From contig CAVSGI010000006.1 of assembly GCA_963727445.1 (NCBI GenBank), positions 224,001 through 288,000 on the forward strand: a stretch of DNA of 64,000 bases, given 5' to 3'. The stretch's first letter is position 1. The number at the start of each line of letters is the position of its first letter. Below, in pieces: positions 1 through 8,882 of the stretch. Below the pieces are notes generated by a model. That model had not been told where the DNA came from. It made no database searches and saw only the letters and a program-made list of their open reading frames with translations. Position numbers and translations under genes: made by a program. The stretch is from an uncultured delta proteobacterium. GTDB lineage: Bacteria; Myxococcota_A; Polyangia; Polyangiales; B10-G4.

Positions 1-314
1 ACGTAGGGGTTCGAATCGGTGGAGCCGTCGCTCCCCGGCGTCACCAGGCAGTGCCCGTCCGCCGTGCAGTATTGCCCGACCGGGCAGCGGTTCTCCGCGC
101 CCGGAGCGCAGTCGGCCTGACACTGCCCGCCGGAGCCGCAATAGAGCCCGACCGGACACGTGTCCCCTCCGGCGCGCGAGCAGTCGAGGCCGCAGCCCGC
201 AGGAGCATCCGGCCCATCGCATGGTCCCCCCTCGGTCTTGGCCGTTCCCGAGCAGCTACACGCCGGCAGGACCAGGCCCGCGAGGAGGATCACCGCTCGC
301 GTCGCTCGAAACAT
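1..314 (-). CDS. Cys-rich lipoprotein, N-terminal part (runs off the window edge)
   Basis: Manual translation from ATG at 314: MFRATRAVILLAGLVLPACSCSG...CPVGLYC...CPVGQYC; lipobox-like LPAC; GGAGG upstream; absent from the ORF track because the stop lies outside the window. Confidence 0.75.
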   Translation of the reverse strand, partial: MFRATRAVILLAGLVLPACSCSGTAKTEGGPCDGPDAPAGCGLDCSRAGGDTCPVGLYCGSGGQCQADCAPGAENRCPVGQYCTADGHCLVTPGSDGSTDSNPY

Positions 315-409
315 CGCGCACCTCCCGATTCCCTTCACCAAGGGTTTCCCCTGATGAAGGATAGGGTATGGGAGGGGAGGAGCCAGCGAAAGGCGGGATT
401 TCCCCGACG

Positions 410-1789
410 TCAGAGGCGCGAGAGCTCCTCGTAGAGGTACACCGCCGCGCGGGTTCCCTTCTTCCAGTCGCCGAGATGGAGCGACTCGTTCTCCCCGTGG
501 GCGTTGCAGATGGGATCCTCGACCCCCATCAACAAGGCGGGGATGCCGCCCAGCACCTTGGCGAAGGGCTCGACGAAGGGGATCGAGCCGCCACAGCCGA
601 TGTGCTCCGCCTGCCGCTCGTACCCCTTCTCGAGCGCACGCGCGGCCGCGTCGAAGGCCGGCCCCTGCGCCTCGGTCATCCACCAGCTGGCCGTCGCCTC
701 GCGGTCGACGTGGAGCTCGAGCCCCCACGGAGTGTTCTCTTCGAAGTAGCGCACCAGCGCGTCCTGCGTCTTCTTCGGGTCCATGTCGGCGACGGTGCGG
801 ATGCTGATGCGCGCCTGCGCGCTCTCGATGATCTGATTGGTCGAGCCCGCGATGGGGCGCGCTTCGAAGGCGATGACCGTCACCGAGGGCTGGCGGAAGA
901 TGCGTCCCCAGACGGGCATGTCGGGATCGCCCACCAGCTCGGTGCCGGGCTGCATCCCGACCTGCTCGCGGAAGGCCGCCTCTTCGAAAGGAAGGCGGTC
1001 GAGCGCTTCGCGCTCGGCGGGGGAGGGCGCGCGCACGCCGGCCGCGATGTCCTCGCGAAGTCGACCGCGCTCGTCCGTCAGGCCAGCGATGACCCTGCAC
1101 AGACCCATCACCGGATCCGGCACGGGGCCGCCCCACATGCCGCTGTGGACCGGATGGTCCAGGGAGCGAAGCTCCACGCCCAGGCCGCAGAGCCCGCGCA
1201 GACTCACCGTGAGCGAGGGGATGCCGATGTCGAGGTTGGCGGTGTCGGTGAGGACCAGGATGTTCGCGGAGAGCTTGTCGCGATACTTCTCGAGGAAGGC
1301 TTCGAGGGATCCCGAGCCCACCTCTTCTTCTCCTTCGACGATGAACTTCACGTTGAGCGGCAGCCCGCCCGCATCGAGCCACGCCTTGCACGCGGCGACG
1401 TGCATCATCACGCCGGCCTTGTCGTCGACCGCGCCGCGCCCATAGAGGCGTCCGTCCCGCACCTCCGGCTCGAAGGGCGGGCTCTTCCATTTCTCGGGGC
1501 GGCCTGGCGGCATCACGTCGTGATGGCCGTAGAGGAGCACCGTGGGCTTGTCGTCGCCGGCGTGGAGCCAGTCGCCGTACACGTAGGGATGGCCACCCGG
1601 GAAGTCGATCACCTCGGTGTTCTCGAAGCCCGTGTCCCTGAGAAGCTTCTCCACCGCCCGCGCGCTCTCGTTCACCTTCTCGTCGGGTGGCGGGTTCGCG
1701 GACACCCCTCCGATCCGGACCAGGGACTTGAGCGTTTCGAGGTGAGCATCGAGCTCCCCCTCGAGCTTGTTCAGCGCGTCGTCGAGCAT
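410..1789 (-). CDS. M20 family metallo-dipeptidase
   Basis: Motifs YGHHDV, GRGAVDDK, EGEEEVGS, HSG, AHGENE; start taken at MLDDAL. Confidence 0.9.
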   Translation of the reverse strand: MLDDALNKLEGELDAHLETLKSLVRIGGVSANPPPDEKVNESARAVEKLLRDTGFENTEVIDFPGGHPYVYGDWLHAGDDKPTVLLYGHHDVMPPGRPEKWKSPPFEPEVRDGRLYGRGAVDDKAGVMMHVAACKAWLDAGGLPLNVKFIVEGEEEVGSGSLEAFLEKYRDKLSANILVLTDTANLDIGIPSLTVSLRGLCGLGVELRSLDHPVHSGMWGGPVPDPVMGLCRVIAGLTDERGRLREDIAAGVRAPSPAEREALDRLPFEEAAFREQVGMQPGTELVGDPDMPVWGRIFRQPSVTVIAFEARPIAGSTNQIIESAQARISIRTVADMDPKKTQDALVRYFEENTPWGLELHVDREATASWWMTEAQGPAFDAAARALEKGYERQAEHIGCGGSIPFVEPFAKVLGGIPALLMGVEDPICNAHGENESLHLGDWKKGTRAAVYLYEELSRL

Positions 1790-1821
1790 GGGCGCCGGGA
1801 TAACGGACCCGTGCGCGCGGG

Positions 1822-3585
1822 TCAACGGAGGCGGAATTGGACTTCGCGCATCCGGCCGTTGGTGACGCGCACTCGGCGCTCTTCTTCGGCGCCGGTCGGG
1901 CCGACGACGCGAACCAGGTGTGTGCCCGGACGGAGCTCGACGTCCACCGGTGCATTGCCGCGCGAGCGTCCATCGACGAAGACCTCGCCCCAGGGAAGGA
2001 CGCCGACCTTGACGCCGGTGGGTCCGGTGGGTGCCATGGGGTGCGCCGCGGCGACGTGGGTCGGCGTCCCGGCTTCGGGGGCATCGGTCTCGGGAGCACC
2101 TTCTTCCGGCGCACTCCCCTCCATCGTCGCTTCCTGTCCGAGCTCCGAGCCTTCCAAGGAAGGCGTCTCGACGCCGGTGGGCAGCCCTGCGCCCGGCTCG
2201 TTCGTCGCCATCGCGCTGCTGGGCGGCGTCATCGCGCTGCTGGTCGTGGCCGTGGTGACGGTCGGCCCGGTCGGCTGACCCTCGTCGTCGCTCCCGAACG
2301 CCAGGGCGACGACGGCGGCGACGGTGATCAGTCCACCCGCGAGGAGGGCCACGGCGCCGATGCGCAGGCCGAGGCCGCTGCCGAGCGCGGGCGCGTCCGC
2401 GGTGTCGACCGCCCGAGACGGTGATGGCTCGAGTGCGCGCGTATCCGCGTCGGCCACGCGCTGCGCTTCGGCGGCGTCGGCGTCCATCACCGTCTCGCCC
2501 TCTTCTTCGGAGCGATACGCGGTGCGCGTCTCGGCGTCGGCGCTCGCCGGCACCACCCGGCCGTCGCTGCTCGTCTCGGTTGCGAGCACCATGGTGCCGG
2601 CGCCTTCGGGCGTCGCCGCCTGGGTGTCGGCGTACGCCACGTCCCCGCTTTGCCGGCCGACCTCGTCCAGGTGCGTGCGCTGGGCGCTGCGCACCAGCTC
2701 GCCGAGGATCCGCCGCGCCGTGGGTGGCGGCGCGACGTCGATCAACGCGTCCTGCAGCGCGGCGGCGTTCGGGAAGCGGTCGTCGGGTGCGGAAGCGATG
2801 AGCTTCTCGACCGCGTCGACGAGCGCCTTCGGCGCCGTCGGCAGAAGCTTCGAGAGAGGCTCGTGCTCACCCTCCTGGATGCGCCTGAGGGTGTCCAGCT
2901 CGGTCGCGCCGTCGAAGGGACGCTTGCCCGCGAGACATTCGTAGAGGGTCACGCCGAGCGAAAAGAGGTCGGAGCGCGCGTCGTACTCCGCGGTCAGCGC
3001 GTACTCGGGCGCCATGTAGGGGACCTTCCCCTTGGTGTTGCCGCTGCGCGTGACCTGGGTCTTGTCCATCGCCTTGGCGATGCCGAAGTCGGCGAGCTTC
3101 ACCTCGCCGGCGGTGGACACCAGCACGTTCGAAGGCGAGATGTCGCGGTGCACGACGCCGCTGACCTTGCCGGCGGTGTCGGCGCGATGCGCGTAGTCGA
3201 GGGCGTTGCTGATCTCGTAGGCGAGATAGGACGCCAGCCCGCTGGTCAGCGACTCGTCGTCCTTCCACAGGGTGCGCAAGAGGATGCGAAGGTCGACCCC
3301 GTCGATGAGCTCGAGCGCCATGAAATGGCTGCCTTCGACCACGCCGAAGTCGAGCACCTGAACGATGTTGGCGTGGCGCAGGGTCGCTGCGATCCGCGCC
3401 TCCTCGAGGAACATCCGCACGAAGTCCTGGTCCGCTTCGAAGGCGGGCAGGATGCGCTTGAGACAGACCCTCTGCTCGAAGGAGCCCGGACCCCGGCGGA
3501 CCGCGACGAAAGTCTCCGCCATGCCACCCGCGCCGAGTCGGGACACGAGCTCGTACGGCCCGAACCGAGAAAGCTCCGTGCTCAT
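1822..3585 (-). CDS. Membrane Ser/Thr protein kinase with C-terminal PEGA-like domain
   Basis: GAGGMA, HRDISPSN, DFG, YMAPE; TM segment; PWGEVFVDG tail; start at MSTELS. Confidence 0.9.
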   Translation of the reverse strand: MSTELSRFGPYELVSRLGAGGMAETFVAVRRGPGSFEQRVCLKRILPAFEADQDFVRMFLEEARIAATLRHANIVQVLDFGVVEGSHFMALELIDGVDLRILLRTLWKDDESLTSGLASYLAYEISNALDYAHRADTAGKVSGVVHRDISPSNVLVSTAGEVKLADFGIAKAMDKTQVTRSGNTKGKVPYMAPEYALTAEYDARSDLFSLGVTLYECLAGKRPFDGATELDTLRRIQEGEHEPLSKLLPTAPKALVDAVEKLIASAPDDRFPNAAALQDALIDVAPPPTARRILGELVRSAQRTHLDEVGRQSGDVAYADTQAATPEGAGTMVLATETSSDGRVVPASADAETRTAYRSEEEGETVMDADAAEAQRVADADTRALEPSPSRAVDTADAPALGSGLGLRIGAVALLAGGLITVAAVVALAFGSDDEGQPTGPTVTTATTSSAMTPPSSAMATNEPGAGLPTGVETPSLEGSELGQEATMEGSAPEEGAPETDAPEAGTPTHVAAAHPMAPTGPTGVKVGVLPWGEVFVDGRSRGNAPVDVELRPGTHLVRVVGPTGAEEERRVRVTNGRMREVQFRLR

Positions 3586-3699
3586 ATCGCGCCGGGGCGA
3601 AGGTAGCACACCCGCGCCTCGGCACCCGGAGAGCCCTCGTCGTGCGTCCACGGGTTTCTGGGGCTTTCTCGCCCCCCATTTCGCCTTATGCTCCCGCCG

Positions 3700-4893
3700 A
3701 TGAACGAGCGGCGACCCGGGCCCGGGCCCTCCACCACGGCGGTGCATGGCGGCGACGCGGTGGACGAGGCAACCTCCGCCCTCGACGGGCCGCTCGTCAT
3801 GTCGAGCGCTTTCGCCTTCCGCGACGCGGCCGATGCCGCGGCGCGCTTCGAGGAGAGCGGCTCCGGTCTCATCTACGGACGCTGGGACAACCCCACCGTC
3901 GCGCGTTTCGAAGCGAAGCTGGCGGCCCTCGAAGAGGCAGAGGACGCAGCGGCCTTCGCCAGCGGGATGGGCGCCATCGTCGGCGCGCTCTCGGCCTTCG
4001 TGGAAGAGGGAGCGCACGTGATCGCTCCCCAGGGCGTCTACGCCGAGACGGCGCGCGTCCTGACGAAGCACTTCGCGCGCTTCGGTGTCGAGACGACCTT
4101 CGTCGACGCACCCGAGGCGAGTGCCATCGCCTCGGCCATGCGTACCAACACGCGCGTCGTGTGGATCGAGACGCCGGCCAACCCGACCCTCGCCGTGACC
4201 GACATCCAGCGGGCCCGCGCCGAGGCCGAGGGCGCGGTCTTGCTCGTCGACAGCACCTTCGCCACTCCGTTTCACCAGACGCCCCTCGCGCATGGCGCGG
4301 ACATGGTCGTCCACTCCGCCACCAAGGCGATCGGCGGGCACGGCGACGTCATCGGAGGCGTGGTCGCGGGGAGCGCCGAGCGGGTGGCGCGCGTGCGGGA
4401 CGTCGGAGGACGCATGGCCGGGGCGACGCTCTCGCCCATGAGCGCGTGGCTCCTCTCACGCGGCGCGCGGACGCTCGCCCTCCGTCAGGCGCGCGCTAGC
4501 GAGACCGCCCAGCTCCTCGCCGAGCGACTCGAGAGCGACCCGCGCATCTCGGTGGTTCACTACCCTGGCCTCGAGAGCCACCCGCAGCACGACGTCGCCC
4601 GCCGGCAGATGCGCCGCGGCTACGGCTCGCTCCTGGCTTTCGAGATCGCCGGCGGCGCAGAGGCGGGCCGGCGCGCCTACGACGCGGTGGAGCTCGTGAC
4701 GCGCGCGGTGAGCCTGGGCGACGTGCGCACGCTCCTGACCCATCCAGCCTCCACCACCCACAGCTCCATGCCGCGGCAGCGGCGTCTCGAAGCGGGAATC
4801 GGCGACGGACTGATGCGGCTCTCGGTGGGCATCGAAGACGCCGAAGACCTGTGGTCGGACCTCGACCGCGCGCTCGCCCGGAGCGCTGGATGA
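3700..4893 (+). CDS. PLP-dependent trans-sulfuration enzyme (Cys/Met metabolism family)
   Basis: YGRWDNPT, FASGM, ETPANP, HSATKAIGGHGD (PLP Lys), AVSLG, RLSVGIE. Confidence 0.9.
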   Translation: MNERRPGPGPSTTAVHGGDAVDEATSALDGPLVMSSAFAFRDAADAAARFEESGSGLIYGRWDNPTVARFEAKLAALEEAEDAAAFASGMGAIVGALSAFVEEGAHVIAPQGVYAETARVLTKHFARFGVETTFVDAPEASAIASAMRTNTRVVWIETPANPTLAVTDIQRARAEAEGAVLLVDSTFATPFHQTPLAHGADMVVHSATKAIGGHGDVIGGVVAGSAERVARVRDVGGRMAGATLSPMSAWLLSRGARTLALRQARASETAQLLAERLESDPRISVVHYPGLESHPQHDVARRQMRRGYGSLLAFEIAGGAEAGRRAYDAVELVTRAVSLGDVRTLLTHPASTTHSSMPRQRRLEAGIGDGLMRLSVGIEDAEDLWSDLDRALARSAG

Positions 4894-5771
4894 GCGAGCC
4901 CCCGAAGAGCGAGTCCTCGACTTTCATGCGCTCCGACGGCTCGGTGACGCTCGAGCGGGTCGGCCTGTCGCGGCCGATGTTGCGCGACGCCTATCACTGG
5001 CTTCGCACCGCCAGCTGGCCGCGCACCTTCGCGACGATCACCGCCGCGTGGGTCGGCTCCAACGTGATCTTCGCGTTCCTGTTCCTCTTGGGCGGCGACT
5101 GCATCGCGAACGCGCGCCCGGGACACTTCGGCGACGCCTTCTTCTTCAGCGTCCAGACGCTATCCACCATCGGCTACGGCACGATGTCGCCGTCCACCGA
5201 TTACGCCAACGTCGTCGTCGTGACGGAGGCGTTCTACGGACTGCTCTTCGTCGCCATCACCACCGGGATCCTGTTTTCGAAGTTCTCCACACCCACGGCG
5301 CGGCTCCTCTTCTCTCGCGAGGCGTTGGTGGCCGACATGGAAGGAAAGCGGACGCTCAACTTCCGCCTCGCCAACGCGCGCACCAGCCACATCGTCGAGG
5401 CGGTGATCCGGGTCACCGTCGCGCGCGACGAGTACGACGCGAGTGGGCGCCTCATGCGCCGCCTCTACAATCTGCCTCTCGTTCGCGACATCTCGCCGCT
5501 CCTGGCCCTCACCTGGACGGTGATGCACGTGATCGACGAGGACAGCCCGCTCTACGGTCTCGGTCCCGAGGACATCGAGAAGCAGCGGCTGGTGCTCCTG
5601 GTGACGGTTCGGGGAACCGAGGACCAACTCTCCACGACGGTTCACGCCCGCTACGCCTATCTGTCGGAGTACATCCTCTTCGACCGGCGCCACGTCGACA
5701 TCCTCCTTCGCAACCCCGAGGGCGAGCGCTACGTCGACTACCGCGTCTTTCACGACCACGAGGCCGCGTGA
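4890..5771 (+). CDS. Inward-rectifier potassium channel (KirBac-like)
   Basis: FFFSVQTLSTIGYG filter; FRLANAR and WTVMHVIDEDSPLYG cytoplasmic motifs; ATGA overlap with upstream gene. Confidence 0.92.
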   Translation: MSEPPKSESSTFMRSDGSVTLERVGLSRPMLRDAYHWLRTASWPRTFATITAAWVGSNVIFAFLFLLGGDCIANARPGHFGDAFFFSVQTLSTIGYGTMSPSTDYANVVVVTEAFYGLLFVAITTGILFSKFSTPTARLLFSREALVADMEGKRTLNFRLANARTSHIVEAVIRVTVARDEYDASGRLMRRLYNLPLVRDISPLLALTWTVMHVIDEDSPLYGLGPEDIEKQRLVLLVTVRGTEDQLSTTVHARYAYLSEYILFDRRHVDILLRNPEGERYVDYRVFHDHEAA

Positions 5772-6511
5772 TCCAGCCGGAGGTGTTGCTTCCGTTTGGC
5801 GGGATCATTCTCGCCAGCTACCTCGTGCAGACCGCGACGGGGTTCGGCGCCATGGTCTGCGCGGTGACCTTCGGCGCGCTGGTGCTGCCCATCGAGACCA
5901 TCGTCGCCATCGCGGTCCCTCTCTCCCTCTCGCAGAACCTGTGGATCGCGGTGCGCCATCGCGACGGCATCGACAAGAAGCTCCTGTTGGTGACGATCCT
6001 TCCGGTGATGGGCGCTGGCATGGTCGTCGGCTTCGCGGTGTCGGAGCTCGTCGCCGGCGACGCGCTCCGGATCGCCTTTGGCGTGCTGGTGCTCCTGCTC
6101 GCGAGCCGAGAGCTCTACGGGAGCTTTCGGGGCGACGGAAAGCGGCCGGAGCCGCTCGGGAAGGTGGCCACCGCCATCACCGTCCTCGGCGCCGGAATGC
6201 TGCACGGCATCTACGCCACAGGCGGGCCGCTCCTCGTTTACGCCGTCGGTCGCCTCGAGCTGGGCAAGCACGTCTTCCGCAGCACCGTCACCACCGTCTG
6301 GCTCGTCCTCAACATGGTCCTGACCGGCATGCTGGTCTTCTCCCATCGGATCACCGCCGAGACCATCACCGCCACCGGGCTCCTGCTTCCCGCGATCCCG
6401 GTGGGGCTGGTGATCGGCCAATTCATCCACGACCGGGTGGACGAAGCGCGCTTCCGCCGCCTGCTCTTCGCCCTGTTGGCGATCGCGGCGATCCCGCTGA
6501 TCGTGCGTTGA
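5768..6511 (+). CDS. TauE/SafE family sulfite-exporter-type membrane protein
   Basis: GFG and GGP motifs in two homologous halves, about 8 TM segments; GTGA overlap with the channel gene. Confidence 0.8.
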   Translation: MIQPEVLLPFGGIILASYLVQTATGFGAMVCAVTFGALVLPIETIVAIAVPLSLSQNLWIAVRHRDGIDKKLLLVTILPVMGAGMVVGFAVSELVAGDALRIAFGVLVLLLASRELYGSFRGDGKRPEPLGKVATAITVLGAGMLHGIYATGGPLLVYAVGRLELGKHVFRSTVTTVWLVLNMVLTGMLVFSHRITAETITATGLLLPAIPVGLVIGQFIHDRVDEARFRRLLFALLAIAAIPLIVR

Positions 6512-6558
6512 GCGTGGATTTGAAGAAGCAGGGACGCTATTCCGTCCTGACTCGACCC

Positions 6559-7797
6559 ATGAAGCACCTCCTCGTCACAGCGGTGGTCCTATGCGTCGCG
6601 GCTCCGGCGAGCGCCCAGGAGAGCGAAGGGATGGTAGAGGCCCGCCTGGTCGTCGACGTCAGCTCCACCGGAGAGACGGACGGCGCGGAGCGGTTGGGCC
6701 CGATGCACACCGGCCGCCTCGGCGCAGGGCAGTCGCGGCGCTTCGGCCTCCGGCTTCCGCCCGGCAAGTGCTTCGCTGCGGTGGGCCGCGGTGGGCCCGG
6801 TGTGTCGAACCTCGACGTCTCTCTGTCGGCGGGGCGCTCGGTGCTCGCGCGAGATACGGACACCAGCCCGGGCGCGGTCGCGCGGTGGTGCAACGGCAGC
6901 GCGCGCGCGATGCAAGCGCATCTCACTGTGACCGCCTTCCGCGGCCGCGGGCAGTTCGCCGCTGCGGTCTACGCCATGACGCCCGAGACCGCGCAGGCTC
7001 GACGCGCCGAGCTCACCGGCGAGTCCGCGCTCACCCGTCTCGCCTCGCTGGTGGAGCGACACGGCCAGAACATGCGCCCCGTCACGGTCGCGGCGCGCGA
7101 ATCGCTCACCGAGGGTCAGCAGCTCGACCGCGAGGTGCAGCTCCGGCCGGGGCGGTGCTATCGCGTCCTGGCCGCCGGGGAAGACGGCGTGCGCGATCTC
7201 GACCTCGCGCTCCTCGATCCTCACGGCGCGCCTCTTCAGCGCGACGCCTCCGATGACGCCTCGCCCACGCTCGGGGTGGTGTCGCCGCTCTGTCCGGCCA
7301 CGGCGGGCACCTACCGCGTTTCGCTTCGCCTCGAAGGCGGAGAAGGCGCGTTCGCCTGGCAGGTCCTGGGCAGTGTTCCCCGCGGTGCTTCTGCGAGCGA
7401 GGGTGGGGAGGAGCGAGCCAGCTATCGCGTCGGGGGTCAGGGCTCGAGCTACGTCGCGGGGCGGATTCGGCAGGCGCACGATCGCTACGGCGAAGGCCGA
7501 AGGCCCATCACCGATCTCCTCGGAGGGCGGCTCGCCGTCGGCGAGCGCAGTGAGCACCGCTTCCGCGTGACCGGCGGCCAGTGCTACGTCGTGGTGGCCG
7601 CCGCCGTGCCGTCGGCGCGCGATCTCGACCTCGAGATCCGCGACCCCTACGGCAATCGCCGCGCCGCGGATGAAGGGGAGGGTGCCACCCCCCACGCCAA
7701 GGTCTGTCCCGACGTGGCCGGGAGCTACTCCGTGCGAGTCTACATGTTCCAGGGATACGGCGACTACGGCGTCCAGGTCTTCGTCGGGCCTCGCTAG
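6559..7797 (+). CDS. Secreted protein with three repeated ~120 aa Cys-containing beta-domains
   Basis: Signal peptide MKHLLV...ASAQ; three G-x-C-[FY]...[DN]LD[LV]...D...C units. Confidence 0.75.
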   Translation: MKHLLVTAVVLCVAAPASAQESEGMVEARLVVDVSSTGETDGAERLGPMHTGRLGAGQSRRFGLRLPPGKCFAAVGRGGPGVSNLDVSLSAGRSVLARDTDTSPGAVARWCNGSARAMQAHLTVTAFRGRGQFAAAVYAMTPETAQARRAELTGESALTRLASLVERHGQNMRPVTVAARESLTEGQQLDREVQLRPGRCYRVLAAGEDGVRDLDLALLDPHGAPLQRDASDDASPTLGVVSPLCPATAGTYRVSLRLEGGEGAFAWQVLGSVPRGASASEGGEERASYRVGGQGSSYVAGRIRQAHDRYGEGRRPITDLLGGRLAVGERSEHRFRVTGGQCYVVVAAAVPSARDLDLEIRDPYGNRRAADEGEGATPHAKVCPDVAGSYSVRVYMFQGYGDYGVQVFVGPR

Positions 7798-7955
7798 TGC
7801 CTGGTCCAATGACGTAGAAGGGTTCTCGCTCGTTCGTCGGCCGCCTCGCGGCGTCGACAAACCTCGAATGTGCGCTGCACGTCCTTCGGTTTCCCTCCTT
7901 GTGACGCGACCGACGCCCGTCGCGATCTCCCCTTCCACGTCATTGGACCAGGCAT
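7797..7955. mobile_element. MITE-like non-autonomous element with long terminal inverted repeats
   Basis: Left CTAGTGCCTGGTCCAATGACGTAGAAGGG vs reverse complement of right end CTAATGCCTGGTCCAATGACGTGGAAGGG (27/29); TA on both flanks (7795-96, 7956-57); no convincing internal gene. Confidence 0.75.
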
Positions 7956-8039
7956 TAGTTTCGCTCGCGGCGCTTCACCCTGCGCCGCGAAAGGCTTCGG
8001 CTTTTTCAGTTGGAGCCGGATCGTCTATTCTCCGGCCCG

Positions 8040-8876
8040 ATGCTTTCGCACTTTCCTCGCCCCTCCGCCTTCTGGGCGAAGGTCCTGCTCGCTCCTCTGG
8101 CGCTCGCCGGCTGCGGCGGAGCGTCGAGCGCCGGTGGCGGCGTGGAGGAGCCCGAGGACGACCGAGTCGTCGAGCTCACCGACGATCCCGAGCGTGCGCG
8201 CGCGTTTCAGGCGCCCCTCGACATCTTCGTCCGCCCCCTCGACTCGGCGCTCGCGGACCTCGCCGCTGGCGCAACCCCGGAAGAGGCCTTCGGCGACGAG
8301 CTCACAATCCTCGAGCCCGAGTCCTTCTCCGCGATCGAGGTCGGCTCGGGAGAGCGCCTCGAGATCGGCAGCGTGGAGTTGGTGATCACCACGGTCAAGG
8401 ATCGTGGCCCGCCCGACAGCGAACGGTGGCACCAGGGCATCCTCGAGGTCACCGGCGTTCGCGCCGGCGGCGTGTTCCGACTCACCGCGCTTCACACCGA
8501 GCTCCGCACCCTCGCGAGCGCGCCCGACGAGATGGCCGAGGTGCCGACCGCGTGGTCCGAGCTCCGCGACGCCTATGTCGACGACTTCGCCGGACCGAAC
8601 TGTCGCTTCCTTCCGCGCCTGCGCGAGGCGGACTTGAGAGGCGTCTATCCCGAGAGCATCGCGAGCGCGATGCGAGAAGGAATGCCGGATCAGGAGCGCA
8701 TCGACCACACCTGCGCGGACTTCTGGGATCGGGCGCCACCCTGGCGAAAGCTCGAGGTGCGACACGTCGCGATCGTTCGCGTCGATTCGGACCGCCGCGT
8801 CGTCCAGCGCTACGACGCGACGCTGACCGTGATCGACGGCGAGCTGGCCTTCGGCGCCGTACGCGCGGAGAGCTGA
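8040..8876 (+). CDS. Hypothetical lipoprotein
   Basis: Lipobox LALAGC; 6 nt upstream of the symporter. Confidence 0.7.
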   Translation: MLSHFPRPSAFWAKVLLAPLALAGCGGASSAGGGVEEPEDDRVVELTDDPERARAFQAPLDIFVRPLDSALADLAAGATPEEAFGDELTILEPESFSAIEVGSGERLEIGSVELVITTVKDRGPPDSERWHQGILEVTGVRAGGVFRLTALHTELRTLASAPDEMAEVPTAWSELRDAYVDDFAGPNCRFLPRLREADLRGVYPESIASAMREGMPDQERIDHTCADFWDRAPPWRKLEVRHVAIVRVDSDRRVVQRYDATLTVIDGELAFGAVRAES

Positions 8877-8882
8877 GAGCCG

